NCBI GenBank assembly: GCA_034430895.1
Contig: DAOUDW010000038.1
Location: 2,982 to 66,981 of the forward strand
Length of the DNA stretch: 64,000 nt
Origin: Anaerolineales bacterium
Lineage (GTDB): Bacteria > Chloroflexota > Anaerolineae > Anaerolineales > E44-bin32
Direction: 5' to 3'
Shown here: piece after piece, positions 36,976 to 47,139 of the stretch
How the letters are laid out: each line of letters begins with the position of its first letter
How positions within the stretch are numbered: position 1 is the stretch's first letter
Notes under the pieces: generated by a model
The model's database searches: none
The model's input: only the letters and a program-made list of their open reading frames with translations
What the model was told of the DNA's origin: nothing
Position numbers and translations under genes: made by a program

Positions 36976-38049
36976 TCAATCTTCGCGCAAGGTAAAACTG
37001 CCCGATTTGCCCTTATACGTGATCTCGATGCCGAACTCGGAATCATCGTAGTTCTCGGATTCCCAGGTTCCGGTATCGTCATCGTCATCTCCACCACCGC
37101 TGACCAGCGTATACCCGTCAGGAACACGAACACTCCCTGATCCGCTGTCACGCACGACAAGACGAACGCTTGCGCCATCGGGCACAGTAATGGTCGTGCT
37201 TCCAGAACTACCATCGATATCGAGTTCGGCTTCGGCCTCACCATCAAAGGAGATTTTAAACGAACCGGAATCTACATCGATATTCGCATCCAGTACTGCC
37301 CCATCGATGATTTCGACCGTGAAAGAACCCGAGCCCCCATCGAGGCGAACATCGTAGCTTTCTGTGCTGGACGGTAGTATCAAACGGGTACTCCCCGAGT
37401 CGCCATCAATATTGAAACGTTCCAGATTCATATTTTCCAAATCCAGCCGCACCGATCCAGACCCACCGTCTACTCGGAGATCGACAGGGACTTGTGGGCT
37501 CAATGCAATCTCCCACCGGGCGTCATTCCCAAGCGTGCCTACCCAATCAAAAACAGAAGTCACGCCATGAGGCTCGAGTTTAACGACCTTATTGTTCGCG
37601 CCTCGAACGTTGAAAGACACATCCTCCAGGGTATCCAACTCTGCTTCGATCAGTGCATTCGAATCCTCCAGAACTCCAATCGTCGTAGGGTAGTGGGACA
37701 GTTCCAGATCGATGCGGGCTGAAGATGCATCATCCAAGGGTTCACTGAGGTTGAGTGTGTTTAATTCGGGTCCCAAATTCACATCGAGATTAGGAGCCAT
37801 CACCAGCAACAATACGACGAATGCCACCACGCCGAGACCAATCAGTGCTCCAAATATCGGCGAACGACGTCCAAACATCAAATCCAGGCCAATGGCGATC
37901 AAAGCGACCGGCCACAAACGTAATAAAAACCCCAAACTAAACGATTCGATGACGCCGACATTTGCCAGCATCCAGACGATACCGACCCCGATCAATAACA
38001 GTGGCCAAAAAAATGACCGATACGGTTGATTGCTCCTGCGATCTTGCAT
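36976..38049 (-). CDS. membrane protein with LiaF-like N-terminal helices and DUF4097/toastrack-like repeat domain
   Basis: N-terminal TM helices. Six or more repeats of D-G/S-x-SGS-hydrophobic strands (DGGSGSVRLDL, DGDSGSTRLIL, DGGSGSFTVEI, DVDSGSFKISF, DGSSGSTTITV, DSGSGSVRV). ATG behind AAGGAGGA. Confidence 0.7.
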   Translation of the reverse strand: MQDRRSNQPYRSFFWPLLLIGVGIVWMLANVGVIESFSLGFLLRLWPVALIAIGLDLMFGRRSPIFGALIGLGVVAFVVLLLVMAPNLDVNLGPELNTLNLSEPLDDASSARIDLELSHYPTTIGVLEDSNALIEAELDTLEDVSFNVRGANNKVVKLEPHGVTSVFDWVGTLGNDARWEIALSPQVPVDLRVDGGSGSVRLDLENMNLERFNIDGDSGSTRLILPSSTESYDVRLDGGSGSFTVEIIDGAVLDANIDVDSGSFKISFDGEAEAELDIDGSSGSTTITVPDGASVRLVVRDSGSGSVRVPDGYTLVSGGGDDDDDTGTWESENYDDSEFGIEITYKGKSGSFTLRED

Positions 38050-38159
38050 ATTCTCCTCCTTGTTTCTTTCGAAACCAAACACCAGATTTATTGACGCAAC
38101 GTAACAAAACTTGCATTGTCGATCCTACCGACAAGACTCAAGTCGGGGTCTGTTATGAA

Positions 38160-38981
38160 TCACAGGATCTCGATCTCACCAACGTCGAAATCAGGAGATG
38201 GATAGTGCATCTCCAGGGATTCGAGCGCCTCGACAATCACCGTGCCGATAACCAGGTTGCGGTACCATTTGCGATTTGCAGGGATCACATACCACGGTGC
38301 CCAGGGTGTGCTCGTTTTCGACAACACTGCTTCGTAGGCCTGCATGTAATCCGGCCAGAGCTTGCGTTCGTTCAGATCGTCCGGATTGAATTTCCAGTGC
38401 TTCTTGGGTTCGTCCAAACGAGCCTGCAGCCGCTCTTTCTGCTCCTCGAGATCGATGTGCAGATAGAATTTTAACAGCGTGGTGCCTTCTTCAGCCAGCA
38501 TTTGTTCGAATTCGTTGATCTGCTCGAAACGCTTGGACCAGATCGTTTCGGGCACCAAGCTATGTACGCGCACCACGAGTACGTCCTCATAATGACTGCG
38601 GTTGAAAATCACGATCTCCCCTTTGCCGGGAACGTGCCGATGCACTCGCCAGAGATAATCGTGACTCAATTCCTGCGCCGTGGGCTTCTTGAAATTCGCC
38701 ACCTTGACACCCTGGGGATTGACACCATCGAAGACATGCCGGATGACTCCATCCTTGCCACCCGTATCCATCGCCTGGAGCATAATAAGGATCTTATGCT
38801 TGCCTTGTGCATATAATAATTCCTGGAGGTCTTCCAATCGCGCAGTCAACACCTGGGATTTTTCTCGTCCTTCATCTTTATCGATCGGAAAAACGCTCTT
38901 ATCCCCTGGATCCCACTGATGGAGATCCACCTCGCTTCCCGGTTTGATTTTGTATCGATCAGTAGAACGCTTCTCTCCCAT
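38160..38981 (-). CDS. polyphosphate kinase 2 family phosphotransferase
   Basis: MDTGGKDG (Walker A-like), YLWRVHRHVP and FNRSHYEDVLVVRVH. Confidence 0.9.
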   Translation of the reverse strand: MGEKRSTDRYKIKPGSEVDLHQWDPGDKSVFPIDKDEGREKSQVLTARLEDLQELLYAQGKHKILIMLQAMDTGGKDGVIRHVFDGVNPQGVKVANFKKPTAQELSHDYLWRVHRHVPGKGEIVIFNRSHYEDVLVVRVHSLVPETIWSKRFEQINEFEQMLAEEGTTLLKFYLHIDLEEQKERLQARLDEPKKHWKFNPDDLNERKLWPDYMQAYEAVLSKTSTPWAPWYVIPANRKWYRNLVIGTVIVEALESLEMHYPSPDFDVGEIEIL

Positions 38982-39114
38982 TTGTCCTCCAGTCTCCCGG
39001 CCACATCACGCCAACTTGCCTTGTACGCAAGAGAACTCCGAAAAGGCGCTCGCTGATGATCGTACAATTCCTATACGAGATGCGATAGGAAACGGTTTCA
39101 ACACATTCTCCACT

Positions 39115-39867
39115 TCAGGATCGAATGATAATCTCCTGCAGGTTTTTCCAGGTGCTTTCGGAATACCAGATGTTTGAAAATTCCTGAATCGAACCTTCTT
39201 CCTTAGCCCGCATTGAATCCAGGATGGGACCGCGTAAAAGGCGTTTGATGGACCTGAACGAGACGACATCCTTGTTGGCAAAATGATGCGCCAATATTTC
39301 CGCATCACGCTGCAGTCGATCGCGACTCGTAATTTGATCGATAAGGCGCATTTCAAGGGCTTCGTCTGCCGGGTACATATCCCCACTCAACAGCACCCGC
39401 TCCGCATTCCGTTGGCCAACGCAGGCACGCAGCATTTCCACGCACCCCGAGAATATGGAGGCGCCAAAAGTGATTTCGTTCAACGAAATCTTTGCTCTAC
39501 CTTGTACCATGAGACGGTAATCACAGGCTAAAGCGAGCATGCATCCAGCAGCAATTGCATGTCCATTGATCGCGGCGATGACAGGTTTTGGATAGAGATA
39601 AAGATTCGAGTAGAGATCGGTGAATTTGGTTAAAAACAGACTAAACGCTTCCTTCCGGTAGCCGAGTAAAGAAGGGATATCAAAACCAAAGGAAAAGAAC
39701 TTGCCATAACCCGTCAGGATCACCGCTTTTACATCCGGATCTCTTTCCAACTGCAGGAATACCTCTTGCAGTTCTTCGACTATGGGCTCGTGTAAAGCAT
39801 TGACCTTGCTTCTACGCAATGTAATCGTCGTGATGCCCTGTGTAGTGGAGATTTCCAAGTACTCCAT
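39115..39867 (-). CDS. enoyl-CoA hydratase/isomerase (crotonase) family protein
   Basis: VILTGYGKFFSFGFD, AAINGHAIAAG and the crotonase fold pattern. Confidence 0.85.
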   Translation of the reverse strand: MEYLEISTTQGITTITLRRSKVNALHEPIVEELQEVFLQLERDPDVKAVILTGYGKFFSFGFDIPSLLGYRKEAFSLFLTKFTDLYSNLYLYPKPVIAAINGHAIAAGCMLALACDYRLMVQGRAKISLNEITFGASIFSGCVEMLRACVGQRNAERVLLSGDMYPADEALEMRLIDQITSRDRLQRDAEILAHHFANKDVVSFRSIKRLLRGPILDSMRAKEEGSIQEFSNIWYSESTWKNLQEIIIRS

Positions 39868-39985
39868 GCTCTCCTCCCACGCTCATCTCCGTCCTGATAA
39901 TTACCACCATTCTACCCCGCAGAAGCATGATTGTTCAAAGGCAATTTCCTCTGTTGATCGACTCGATGTTCGCATTGTCATGGAA

Positions 39986-40014
39986 ACAAAAAACCCTCCC
40001 GGTGACCGGGAGGG
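39986..40014 (-). terminator. rho-independent terminator of fba
   Basis: On the minus strand, CCCTCCCGG-TCA-CCGGGAGGG followed by TTTTTTG. Confidence 0.75.
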
Positions 40015-40052
40015 TATAGCGATCTTCGGATCGTTTTCAGCTGCCATGCCGA

Positions 40053-41078
40053 TCAGGCGGCGAGTTCCTTTTCCATATTTGCCGTGTACTTTCCATAACG
40101 GGCAGCGCCGTTCATCTTTGCACGGTGATGATAGACTTTCTTTGCCGCCGGTACGTTTTCCGCTTTTCCGGACCAGGCTTTCAGAGCCGGAGCCTGCAGG
40201 GCACGGCCATAGGAGAAACTTAGTTCCCAGGGGAATTTGCCCAGAGCATTCATTGCGCTCAGATTCTCGGTCGCTTGCTCGGCAGTCTGTCCACCGGAGA
40301 GGAATACAATCCCGGGCACCGCGGCCGGGACGGTTCGCAGGAAGGTCCGCACAGTGGCTTCGGCGATTTCCTCAGGGCTGGCTTGCTTCTTACAACCCTT
40401 GCCAGAAATGACCATGTTGGGTTTCAGCAGCGCTCCTTCCAAGACAACACCCATTTCGAACAAGGCGTCGTACATTCGGCTCAGCGTCTCTGCGGTAACC
40501 TGCTCACAGCGGTCGATGTCGTGGTCGCCGTCCATCAGGACTTCTGGTTCCACGATCGGGACCACACCAGCTTCCTGGCAGAGTGCGGCATAGCGCGCCA
40601 GGGCATGCGCATTGGCGTTCATACACGCCACCGTCGGAATACCATCCCCGATGGTGATCACAGCTCGCCATTTGGCGAATTTGGCTCCCAACTTGGCGTA
40701 TTCCGCCAGGCGGTCCCGTAAGCCGTCCAGGCCTTCGGTGACTCGTTCATTGGGAAAGCCAGCCATCGGCTTGGCACCTGTGTCCACCTTGATCCCGGGT
40801 ATCGTGCCTTGCTTGGACAGTACTTCTGGGAACGGGACACCGTCTTTAGTGCTCTGACGGATGGTCTCATCGAAAAGGATCACACCACTGATATAATCCG
40901 CTGCACCCTCCGTCGTGAAGAGCATCTCACGATAAGAGCGGCGATTTTCCTCTGTGGATTCCACGCTGATGCTGTCGAAACGCTTTTTGATCGTCCCCGA
41001 ACTTTCATCAGCAGCGAGGATACCCTTTCCCTCGGCAACAAGTGCCTTTGCTACAGATTGCAGATCTTGCTTTGACAT
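40053..41078 (-). CDS. fba: class I fructose-bisphosphate aldolase
   Basis: KGILAADES, GIKVD, LLKPNMV (Schiff-base Lys region) and FSYGRALQ. Confidence 0.93.
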   Translation of the reverse strand: MSKQDLQSVAKALVAEGKGILAADESSGTIKKRFDSISVESTEENRRSYREMLFTTEGAADYISGVILFDETIRQSTKDGVPFPEVLSKQGTIPGIKVDTGAKPMAGFPNERVTEGLDGLRDRLAEYAKLGAKFAKWRAVITIGDGIPTVACMNANAHALARYAALCQEAGVVPIVEPEVLMDGDHDIDRCEQVTAETLSRMYDALFEMGVVLEGALLKPNMVISGKGCKKQASPEEIAEATVRTFLRTVPAAVPGIVFLSGGQTAEQATENLSAMNALGKFPWELSFSYGRALQAPALKAWSGKAENVPAAKKVYHHRAKMNGAARYGKYTANMEKELAA

Positions 41079-41192
41079 TTATCGAACCTCCAAATAATCT
41101 CACCGAAATGCCACACTGTTATGGATCATTTCGTGTGGAAAAGTACATCGTTGGGCCAATCGAGTTTTCACTTACCCGCGCCAATGGTTTCC

Positions 41193-41687
41193 TCACGAGT
41201 ATTTTTTCGGGTATTCGAAGAACACCATTTCACCGCTATACTGCGAAATCGCGTGCCACGCTTGTTCATCGAAATCGATACAAACGATTCCGCTCGTTGG
41301 CAAATTGTCGAGGTCGAAATCCGAGAGATAATTCACGAAGTCCGTCATCCCCGGATTGTGTCCACAAAGCATCACCTCGTGATAAAGGTCATCAATGTCA
41401 CCAACGATTTCTAGCAATTCTGCAACACTGGCGCCATAGAGTGCCGCATGTGTAATGATATCCTCTTCCGGATACTCGATTTCCTCCGCGATGATTGTAG
41501 CACTTTTTAGCGCTCTTTTCGCAGTACTTGAGATAATTAATTGCGGAAATATCCCTCTCTCTGCAAGCAACCTGCCCATGAAGGGCGCATCGCGCTTGCC
41601 GCGCTTGTTCAAAGGCCTTTCAAAATCCGATAAGCTGGGGTTCTTCCAACTAGATTTTGAGTGTCTAACCAGATAGAGTCTTTTCAT
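41193..41687 (-). CDS. sixA: histidine phosphatase family protein (SixA-like)
   Basis: LYLVRHSKS (RH), RPLNKRG and CGHNPG. Confidence 0.8.
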   Translation of the reverse strand: MKRLYLVRHSKSSWKNPSLSDFERPLNKRGKRDAPFMGRLLAERGIFPQLIISSTAKRALKSATIIAEEIEYPEEDIITHAALYGASVAELLEIVGDIDDLYHEVMLCGHNPGMTDFVNYLSDFDLDNLPTSGIVCIDFDEQAWHAISQYSGEMVFFEYPKKYS

Positions 41688-41737
41688 GAAGGATATTGCT
41701 TCCCATAAACGGGATGCGTTCCATTAAAGTGGGATCG

Positions 41738-43483
41738 CTAAATACTCTCGATCTCACCTTCCAATGCATCGAGTTGTTCAAGTACCGCTTCGATCCCTTT
41801 ATCGATCTCCTTCAATTGTTTCTCTTCGTGCAACACAAAGCGCCGATAAGGCGCGAGCGCCTCCCGCAGTCTCCCAATCGACTGTTCCAATTCTCGTTCG
41901 AAGCTTTCACGCAATACGCGTCCAAGCTTTGCACGCAGTTCACGGACTTTCGTACGCAATTCTTTTTTCGCTCGACCGCGCCGAAACGGGATAATTGCGA
42001 ATCCCAAGATGCCCAGCACGCTCGCTGCGATGATCCCCGTCGCATCCGCCGTCGCACCCACCAAAAGCGCATTGAGAATAATTCCCAAACCCACGGCACC
42101 GACCTCCACCAATCCCATCATAGCGATCGATTCCTGTACCGTTGTTACCAATCTCGCCGCTTCGGTTTGCTTATCGAAACTTTTAACCACGCGGTCGGCT
42201 TTGACACCGATATTATCCAGAAGCTGCCGGCGATTGTAGGCGAAGCCACCGGATGCTTCTTCGGCAGCCGCACGGAGCGTGTCCGTTTCACGACGCCGAC
42301 TTAATTCCTCGGCCATTAAACGCCACTGCCGAATCTCGCGCTCGACCAACCAATCGACGATCTCCTGAACATCGTCGGCGATTTGATTTGGCGTTTCCCC
42401 GACCACATCGTCCTCGAAGGCCTGGCGTAAATGTCCCCCGCGCAGCATATCGCGGACCTTTAACAGCCGCATTCGATCATCGATGAATTCCTCTCCGCGC
42501 AGACGCATTTCCAGCAGCTTGTTATCGATGCTGAGCAAATGACGTTCGAACTCGGTGTCGGTATCCTCCGCATAAAGTTGCAGATGGCGCTCGACTTTTT
42601 CCAGCACCTGGACATCTTCGGCGAGAATTTCCAGGCGTGAATCAGCAAGTTGGTCATATTGACGACCAATTTTCCTCGCCACGCCAAGCGGGCTGAGAAG
42701 CTTCAAACGAATGCGGTCCGTCTGCGTCAGGCTCTCCAGCAGGTATTTTCGGAAATCCTTGAACTGATCACTTTTAGCTACATGCGCGGGCAAATCTTCC
42801 GGGTTCGTGGCTTCGAGTGCATGCCGCGCCGAGAAGGAAAATAAATTCGGTGCGAGTTTTAATAGTTCTTGCACCCGATCGCGGACAAAATCACGCACCT
42901 CTTCGATCGATTGTTGATCGTCGAGGATATCGATCTTATTGATCACCACGACGACCTTCTTACCCCATTCCTGGATGTGTTCCATGAAAACCCGTTCGCT
43001 TTCGGTAAAAGGGCGATCGGCCGAGGTGACGAAAATCACCAGGTCGCTGCGGGGAATGAAATCGCGGACGATGGATTCGTGATGTCGCAAGACGGCGTTC
43101 GTGCCCGGCGTGTCGACGATGTTGACTTCGCGCAAGAACTCCGCCGGGTAACGCACCACGCGCACATCCTTGGCGACAAATTCAGGCGAACCTTCCTCAC
43201 CGTATCGTACGACATAAATCCGGTCGGTGGTCGGCGTGACACCTTGCGGCAAGTACGCTTTCCCCAGCAAAGCGTTGATCAGTGCCGATTTCCCGCTATT
43301 GAATTCACCCACAACCACGAGCAAGAACAGTTCATCCAATTGCTGTAGTGCCTGCTGCAAATGCTCCAAATCCGCTGGGGCCGTCTCCCAATCTCGAAGC
43401 AAGTTGATAAGCTGCTCGATTTGCGTTCGTTCGGCTTCCCAGAGTTTGGTTTGACGATCATTCAATAGCGTTGGGAACGTCAT
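41738..43483 (-). CDS. bacterial dynamin-like GTPase
   Basis: P-loop GEFNSGKSALINALLG, DTPGTNA and INKID. The long helical stalk has a hydrophobic paddle near the C-terminus (GLVEVGAVGLGIILNALLVGA...). Confidence 0.8.
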   Translation of the reverse strand: MTFPTLLNDRQTKLWEAERTQIEQLINLLRDWETAPADLEHLQQALQQLDELFLLVVVGEFNSGKSALINALLGKAYLPQGVTPTTDRIYVVRYGEEGSPEFVAKDVRVVRYPAEFLREVNIVDTPGTNAVLRHHESIVRDFIPRSDLVIFVTSADRPFTESERVFMEHIQEWGKKVVVVINKIDILDDQQSIEEVRDFVRDRVQELLKLAPNLFSFSARHALEATNPEDLPAHVAKSDQFKDFRKYLLESLTQTDRIRLKLLSPLGVARKIGRQYDQLADSRLEILAEDVQVLEKVERHLQLYAEDTDTEFERHLLSIDNKLLEMRLRGEEFIDDRMRLLKVRDMLRGGHLRQAFEDDVVGETPNQIADDVQEIVDWLVEREIRQWRLMAEELSRRRETDTLRAAAEEASGGFAYNRRQLLDNIGVKADRVVKSFDKQTEAARLVTTVQESIAMMGLVEVGAVGLGIILNALLVGATADATGIIAASVLGILGFAIIPFRRGRAKKELRTKVRELRAKLGRVLRESFERELEQSIGRLREALAPYRRFVLHEEKQLKEIDKGIEAVLEQLDALEGEIESI

Positions 43484-43542
43484 CGGTTACTCCTCTGGCC
43501 AAACATCAACCATCCGATATCACGATCGTAATACATATCTAC

Positions 43543-45663
43543 TTATCGGTCGATCCAGATCAAGTGATTCTGCGGCACATCGATTGGTGTAGGCACATAA
43601 CCAAAAACATATGGTTTCCACACCCCATATGAAGGTGAACTATGGCTGAGAATCAAGGTAGGTGCCGTATCCAGCAAGTGTTGCTCAGCCTGTCTGTATA
43701 ATTCTAACCGAAGCTCTAGATTTCGTTCAGTCCGTGCAGCTTCGATCAGTTCATCATATTCGGGATCATTATAATAATATGCGTGGTTATGCGACGATCC
43801 ACTGTGGAAGAGAATGTCCAAGAAATTTTCCGGATCAGGATAATCCGCGCACCAACCCTCCAGCAATAAGTGACCGTAATTGCCGGCATCCACCTGGTCG
43901 TAATAACTCTGCCAGTCGATTCCCTCGACCTGAATATCGATACCCAACACATCCTTCCAGGTGTCGACCAGGAACGCCGCCGCGCTGGAATAGTAGCCAC
44001 TCGAACTCCCCAACGTCCAAATGATTTCCGGGGGTTCTACGCCTGGCGAGAAATATTCCGATTGAGCCAGATAGTCGCGCGCCAGAGTCGGATCGTACAC
44101 CGGCGTTTGCACTTCATCACTGTAGCCCGGCATACCGGGCGGTAGTAATCCTCGCCCCACGACCGCTTCTCCATTAGTAAGCGCTTCCACATAGCGTTCG
44201 GTATCGACGGCGTGAACGAAAGCTTTCCGCACGAGTGGATCATCAAAAGGCGGCATACTGGTGTTGAACGTCACGTAACTTGTACATAAACCGGTCTCTG
44301 ATACAACCGTACCAAATAATCCATCCAGGGGATCTTCCGCCCGCTCGAGTTGATCGCGCGTCAATCCCGCAAAATCGACGTCCCCTGTTTGATACAAGCG
44401 CTGGGTGTAGCCTGCGTAGATTTGATAAACCACGAAATCCAGGTGCGGTGATTCTGCGTAATACAGCGGATTGCGTTCGAGAAGGAAGAAGGCTTCTTCA
44501 AGATGCTGAACATGACGGAAGGGACCAGTGCCGTTTGGGTGATTGTCCCAATTTGGAAAACCGACCTGATCGCGATCGACCACCCAGGAAACCGGATAGG
44601 AAAGTTTTGCCAGAAAATATGGCTTCGATCCATCGGTATGGACCTGCAACGTATGTATGTCGATAACCTGGATTCCTTCGATTCGATCAGCATTCCCCGC
44701 ATGAAAATCCAATAAGCCGACGATGTCGCCCATGTATACCGACACGGTCTCCGAATGTGTGTCCGGATGAGCGGCGCGCTCCCAGCTAAAAAGTACATCG
44801 TCGGCCGTCATGGGACGTCCATTGTGGAATCGCGCTTGTGGATTCAAGTGAAAGGTATATACGGTCCCTTCTTCGTTGATGTCCCAATCCTGAGCCAATG
44901 CCGGTTGAACCCTCATCTGCGGATCGAGAACGACGAGTCCACTGAATACTTCCCCGATCATGCCGCCGCTGCCAAAATGGGTGAGTGCTGGATCGAGAGT
45001 CAGCGGTTCGCCACCTGCGAGCACCAGCGCATTTTCACGGGGATAATCAAGCGGCACATCGGATTCGAGGCGGAAGCTTTTCGCCATCGTTCGAAATGTC
45101 TCCAGGAACTGTTCTGAACCTGCCTCTGGATATTTCGCTCGCATTAAAAAAAGATCCACGTCTGTGCGGATTCCAGCAATCGCCCAACCCATCATCTCGG
45201 AATCGGATGCTGCTTTCAGGCTGCCGACATGATATAAAACAGACAGACCCGATTCTGTCTCGAGGTCGTCTTCGAGCTTGATATCACCAATCTCTTCGTC
45301 CCCGAGCCATTCGATCAAGACCGCTTCGAAAGCAGTCGCCGGATCGTCTGAGCTTCTAGTATGGCCAATTGCGAACTCTGCATCATCTTCGGGATCGACC
45401 ATGGAACTCAAGTCGAATCCATCTGCGGGTTCGGAGACGGTCCAATTCATCGGTGGAACGAGGGAGAACATACCGTCATCGTTATAGTAGCGAACCGGCT
45501 CGTAACCTTGGGATAACTCTGTTAACCCATTCTCAGTACTGGTCGATGCAGATTCCTTTTGACCGGCATTGCGATCAATTTCGCTGCATGAACTCATCCC
45601 CAAAATCCCGATCAAAAGGACAATGATACAGGATAACTTCATTAACATAGTACGATCAGTCAC
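43543..45663 (-). CDS. ABC-transporter family-5 (peptide/nickel type) solute-binding lipoprotein with ~200-aa N-terminal extension
   Basis: Lipobox GMSSC. SBP_bac_5 pattern LAQDWDINEEGTVYTFHLNPQARFHNGRPMTADDV. No permease or ATPase genes are adjacent. Confidence 0.85.
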   Translation of the reverse strand: MTDRTMLMKLSCIIVLLIGILGMSSCSEIDRNAGQKESASTSTENGLTELSQGYEPVRYYNDDGMFSLVPPMNWTVSEPADGFDLSSMVDPEDDAEFAIGHTRSSDDPATAFEAVLIEWLGDEEIGDIKLEDDLETESGLSVLYHVGSLKAASDSEMMGWAIAGIRTDVDLFLMRAKYPEAGSEQFLETFRTMAKSFRLESDVPLDYPRENALVLAGGEPLTLDPALTHFGSGGMIGEVFSGLVVLDPQMRVQPALAQDWDINEEGTVYTFHLNPQARFHNGRPMTADDVLFSWERAAHPDTHSETVSVYMGDIVGLLDFHAGNADRIEGIQVIDIHTLQVHTDGSKPYFLAKLSYPVSWVVDRDQVGFPNWDNHPNGTGPFRHVQHLEEAFFLLERNPLYYAESPHLDFVVYQIYAGYTQRLYQTGDVDFAGLTRDQLERAEDPLDGLFGTVVSETGLCTSYVTFNTSMPPFDDPLVRKAFVHAVDTERYVEALTNGEAVVGRGLLPPGMPGYSDEVQTPVYDPTLARDYLAQSEYFSPGVEPPEIIWTLGSSSGYYSSAAAFLVDTWKDVLGIDIQVEGIDWQSYYDQVDAGNYGHLLLEGWCADYPDPENFLDILFHSGSSHNHAYYYNDPEYDELIEAARTERNLELRLELYRQAEQHLLDTAPTLILSHSSPSYGVWKPYVFGYVPTPIDVPQNHLIWIDR

Positions 45664-47020
45664 TTGTATCTCCCCCCATAAGTCTAGATTTTCTCCACCG
45701 CACCCAAAACGTGATGGCTACCAAAGCAGCAACAGACATAACCATAAAGCAGATCACCCATAAAGGAAATGAACCATCCTGTGCGGGCTCTTCGCTATCA
45801 ACCTCCGCGATCGCAACTTCGCTCGCCGGCGGTTCAACATCAGTTTCAGCGGAAGGCTCGATTACGTACGGCTGGATGGTCGGGAAGACTGTCGGCGTCG
45901 CCAGGAATGAAGCAGTTTCAACCGTATCCGTGTTTGCCCCCACCGCATCTCGCCACGCTCGATCCAACCCATCTGCGTCGAAACCATATACTTTTTCTAG
46001 AGCTGTATCGTAGCGATAGCCATCCTGAAAGGCTTGCAGCAGCGCTATCATCGATTCCCGCCCATAGGTATCGATTAAGTAATCGACCAGGCTATACGAT
46101 TGAGCGTAGGATAAAATCGCCATGCCCGTATGTTCGGCAAAACCGTCACTTAGCGAGCGTACCGAAAGAAGTTGATCCTCCTCAATCGCCTCGCTCAGCA
46201 GGTATTCGGAGTTGTCGTCCAGGCCACCTTCGGCATATACCGCCAGGCCTTCATCCAACCACGTGGGCAAACGACTATAGCAGTGGTCAACGGCGTTACC
46301 CACGACCACGTGGGCGAATTCATGGGAAATGGTTTCGAGCCCCCAATCAAGATCGTACGGAGTGATACCAATGAGAACGATAGCAAAACCAGGATACGCC
46401 AATCCACCCGTCCATCCTGGTTCGAATAGTATGGCTTCACGCATGTCGGCAGTATCCGCGTAAATATAAAGATGGACATCCCGGTACAGATAAGTGCCGA
46501 TATCTTCCTCTAAAAGATCCTGCGCCTCTACTGCAGCGTCCAGCAGCTGCCTGGCGAAGCTTTCATCTCCACTGTACCAGTGCAGATAAACATTTCCGGA
46601 CTGAACGACGTCCCAGGGATGGACATGATCCAGCCAAGTCAGCCATTGTTTTTCCGTTCGCAACTCGATGCCATCACCATCAATCACATGCCAACGCCAC
46701 CACAATCGAGCTCCGGGAGGCAAAGATCCCGTACGACGCATATTCCACACCCAATAGGTATTCACATCGTATGCGGGTTGAAAATCTTCTGGGATCACAC
46801 GATTGACGTCGGTCACACAACTAGTGACATCGAGTCCGTATTCCAACTCGACGACTGCAATGATGACATCACTCTCGATTTCGATCGAGAATTCGATCTC
46901 GTCTGGAAAGAGGACCGTGGCCCGCGTTTCGACAATCTCAATCCCGGATTGTTGTGGAATGAGAAAAGCCGATATCAGCCCACTTATGCCAAGCGCAAGA
47001 AATACCCGAAATCTATGCAT
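45656..47020 (-). CDS. peptidase MA-family zinc metallopeptidase with C-terminal TM anchor
   Basis: Signal peptide, HEFAHVV ... TWLDEGLAVYAEG, and a C-terminal hydrophobic helix LWVICFMVMSVAALVAITFWV. Overlaps the SBP start by 8 nt. Confidence 0.75.
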   Translation of the reverse strand: MHRFRVFLALGISGLISAFLIPQQSGIEIVETRATVLFPDEIEFSIEIESDVIIAVVELEYGLDVTSCVTDVNRVIPEDFQPAYDVNTYWVWNMRRTGSLPPGARLWWRWHVIDGDGIELRTEKQWLTWLDHVHPWDVVQSGNVYLHWYSGDESFARQLLDAAVEAQDLLEEDIGTYLYRDVHLYIYADTADMREAILFEPGWTGGLAYPGFAIVLIGITPYDLDWGLETISHEFAHVVVGNAVDHCYSRLPTWLDEGLAVYAEGGLDDNSEYLLSEAIEEDQLLSVRSLSDGFAEHTGMAILSYAQSYSLVDYLIDTYGRESMIALLQAFQDGYRYDTALEKVYGFDADGLDRAWRDAVGANTDTVETASFLATPTVFPTIQPYVIEPSAETDVEPPASEVAIAEVDSEEPAQDGSFPLWVICFMVMSVAALVAITFWVRWRKSRLMGGDTSD

Positions 47021-47139
47021 CTTCCCTCCACCAACATCACCAGCTCGCTGAAGACCCAAGCACCCTAATCGACACAATCGATCTTACGATGAATGCTCGT
47101 TTCGTGGAATTTGTGTTCGCCTGGGCTTGCCCCCATTCA

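Noticed and set aside
41696-42304. 202-aa plus-strand ORF
   Set aside because: It is antisense to the dynamin-like GTPase gene, so it is a shadow ORF. The same applies to 55550-56359, 49571-50215 and 50772-51299 opposite their minus-strand genes.
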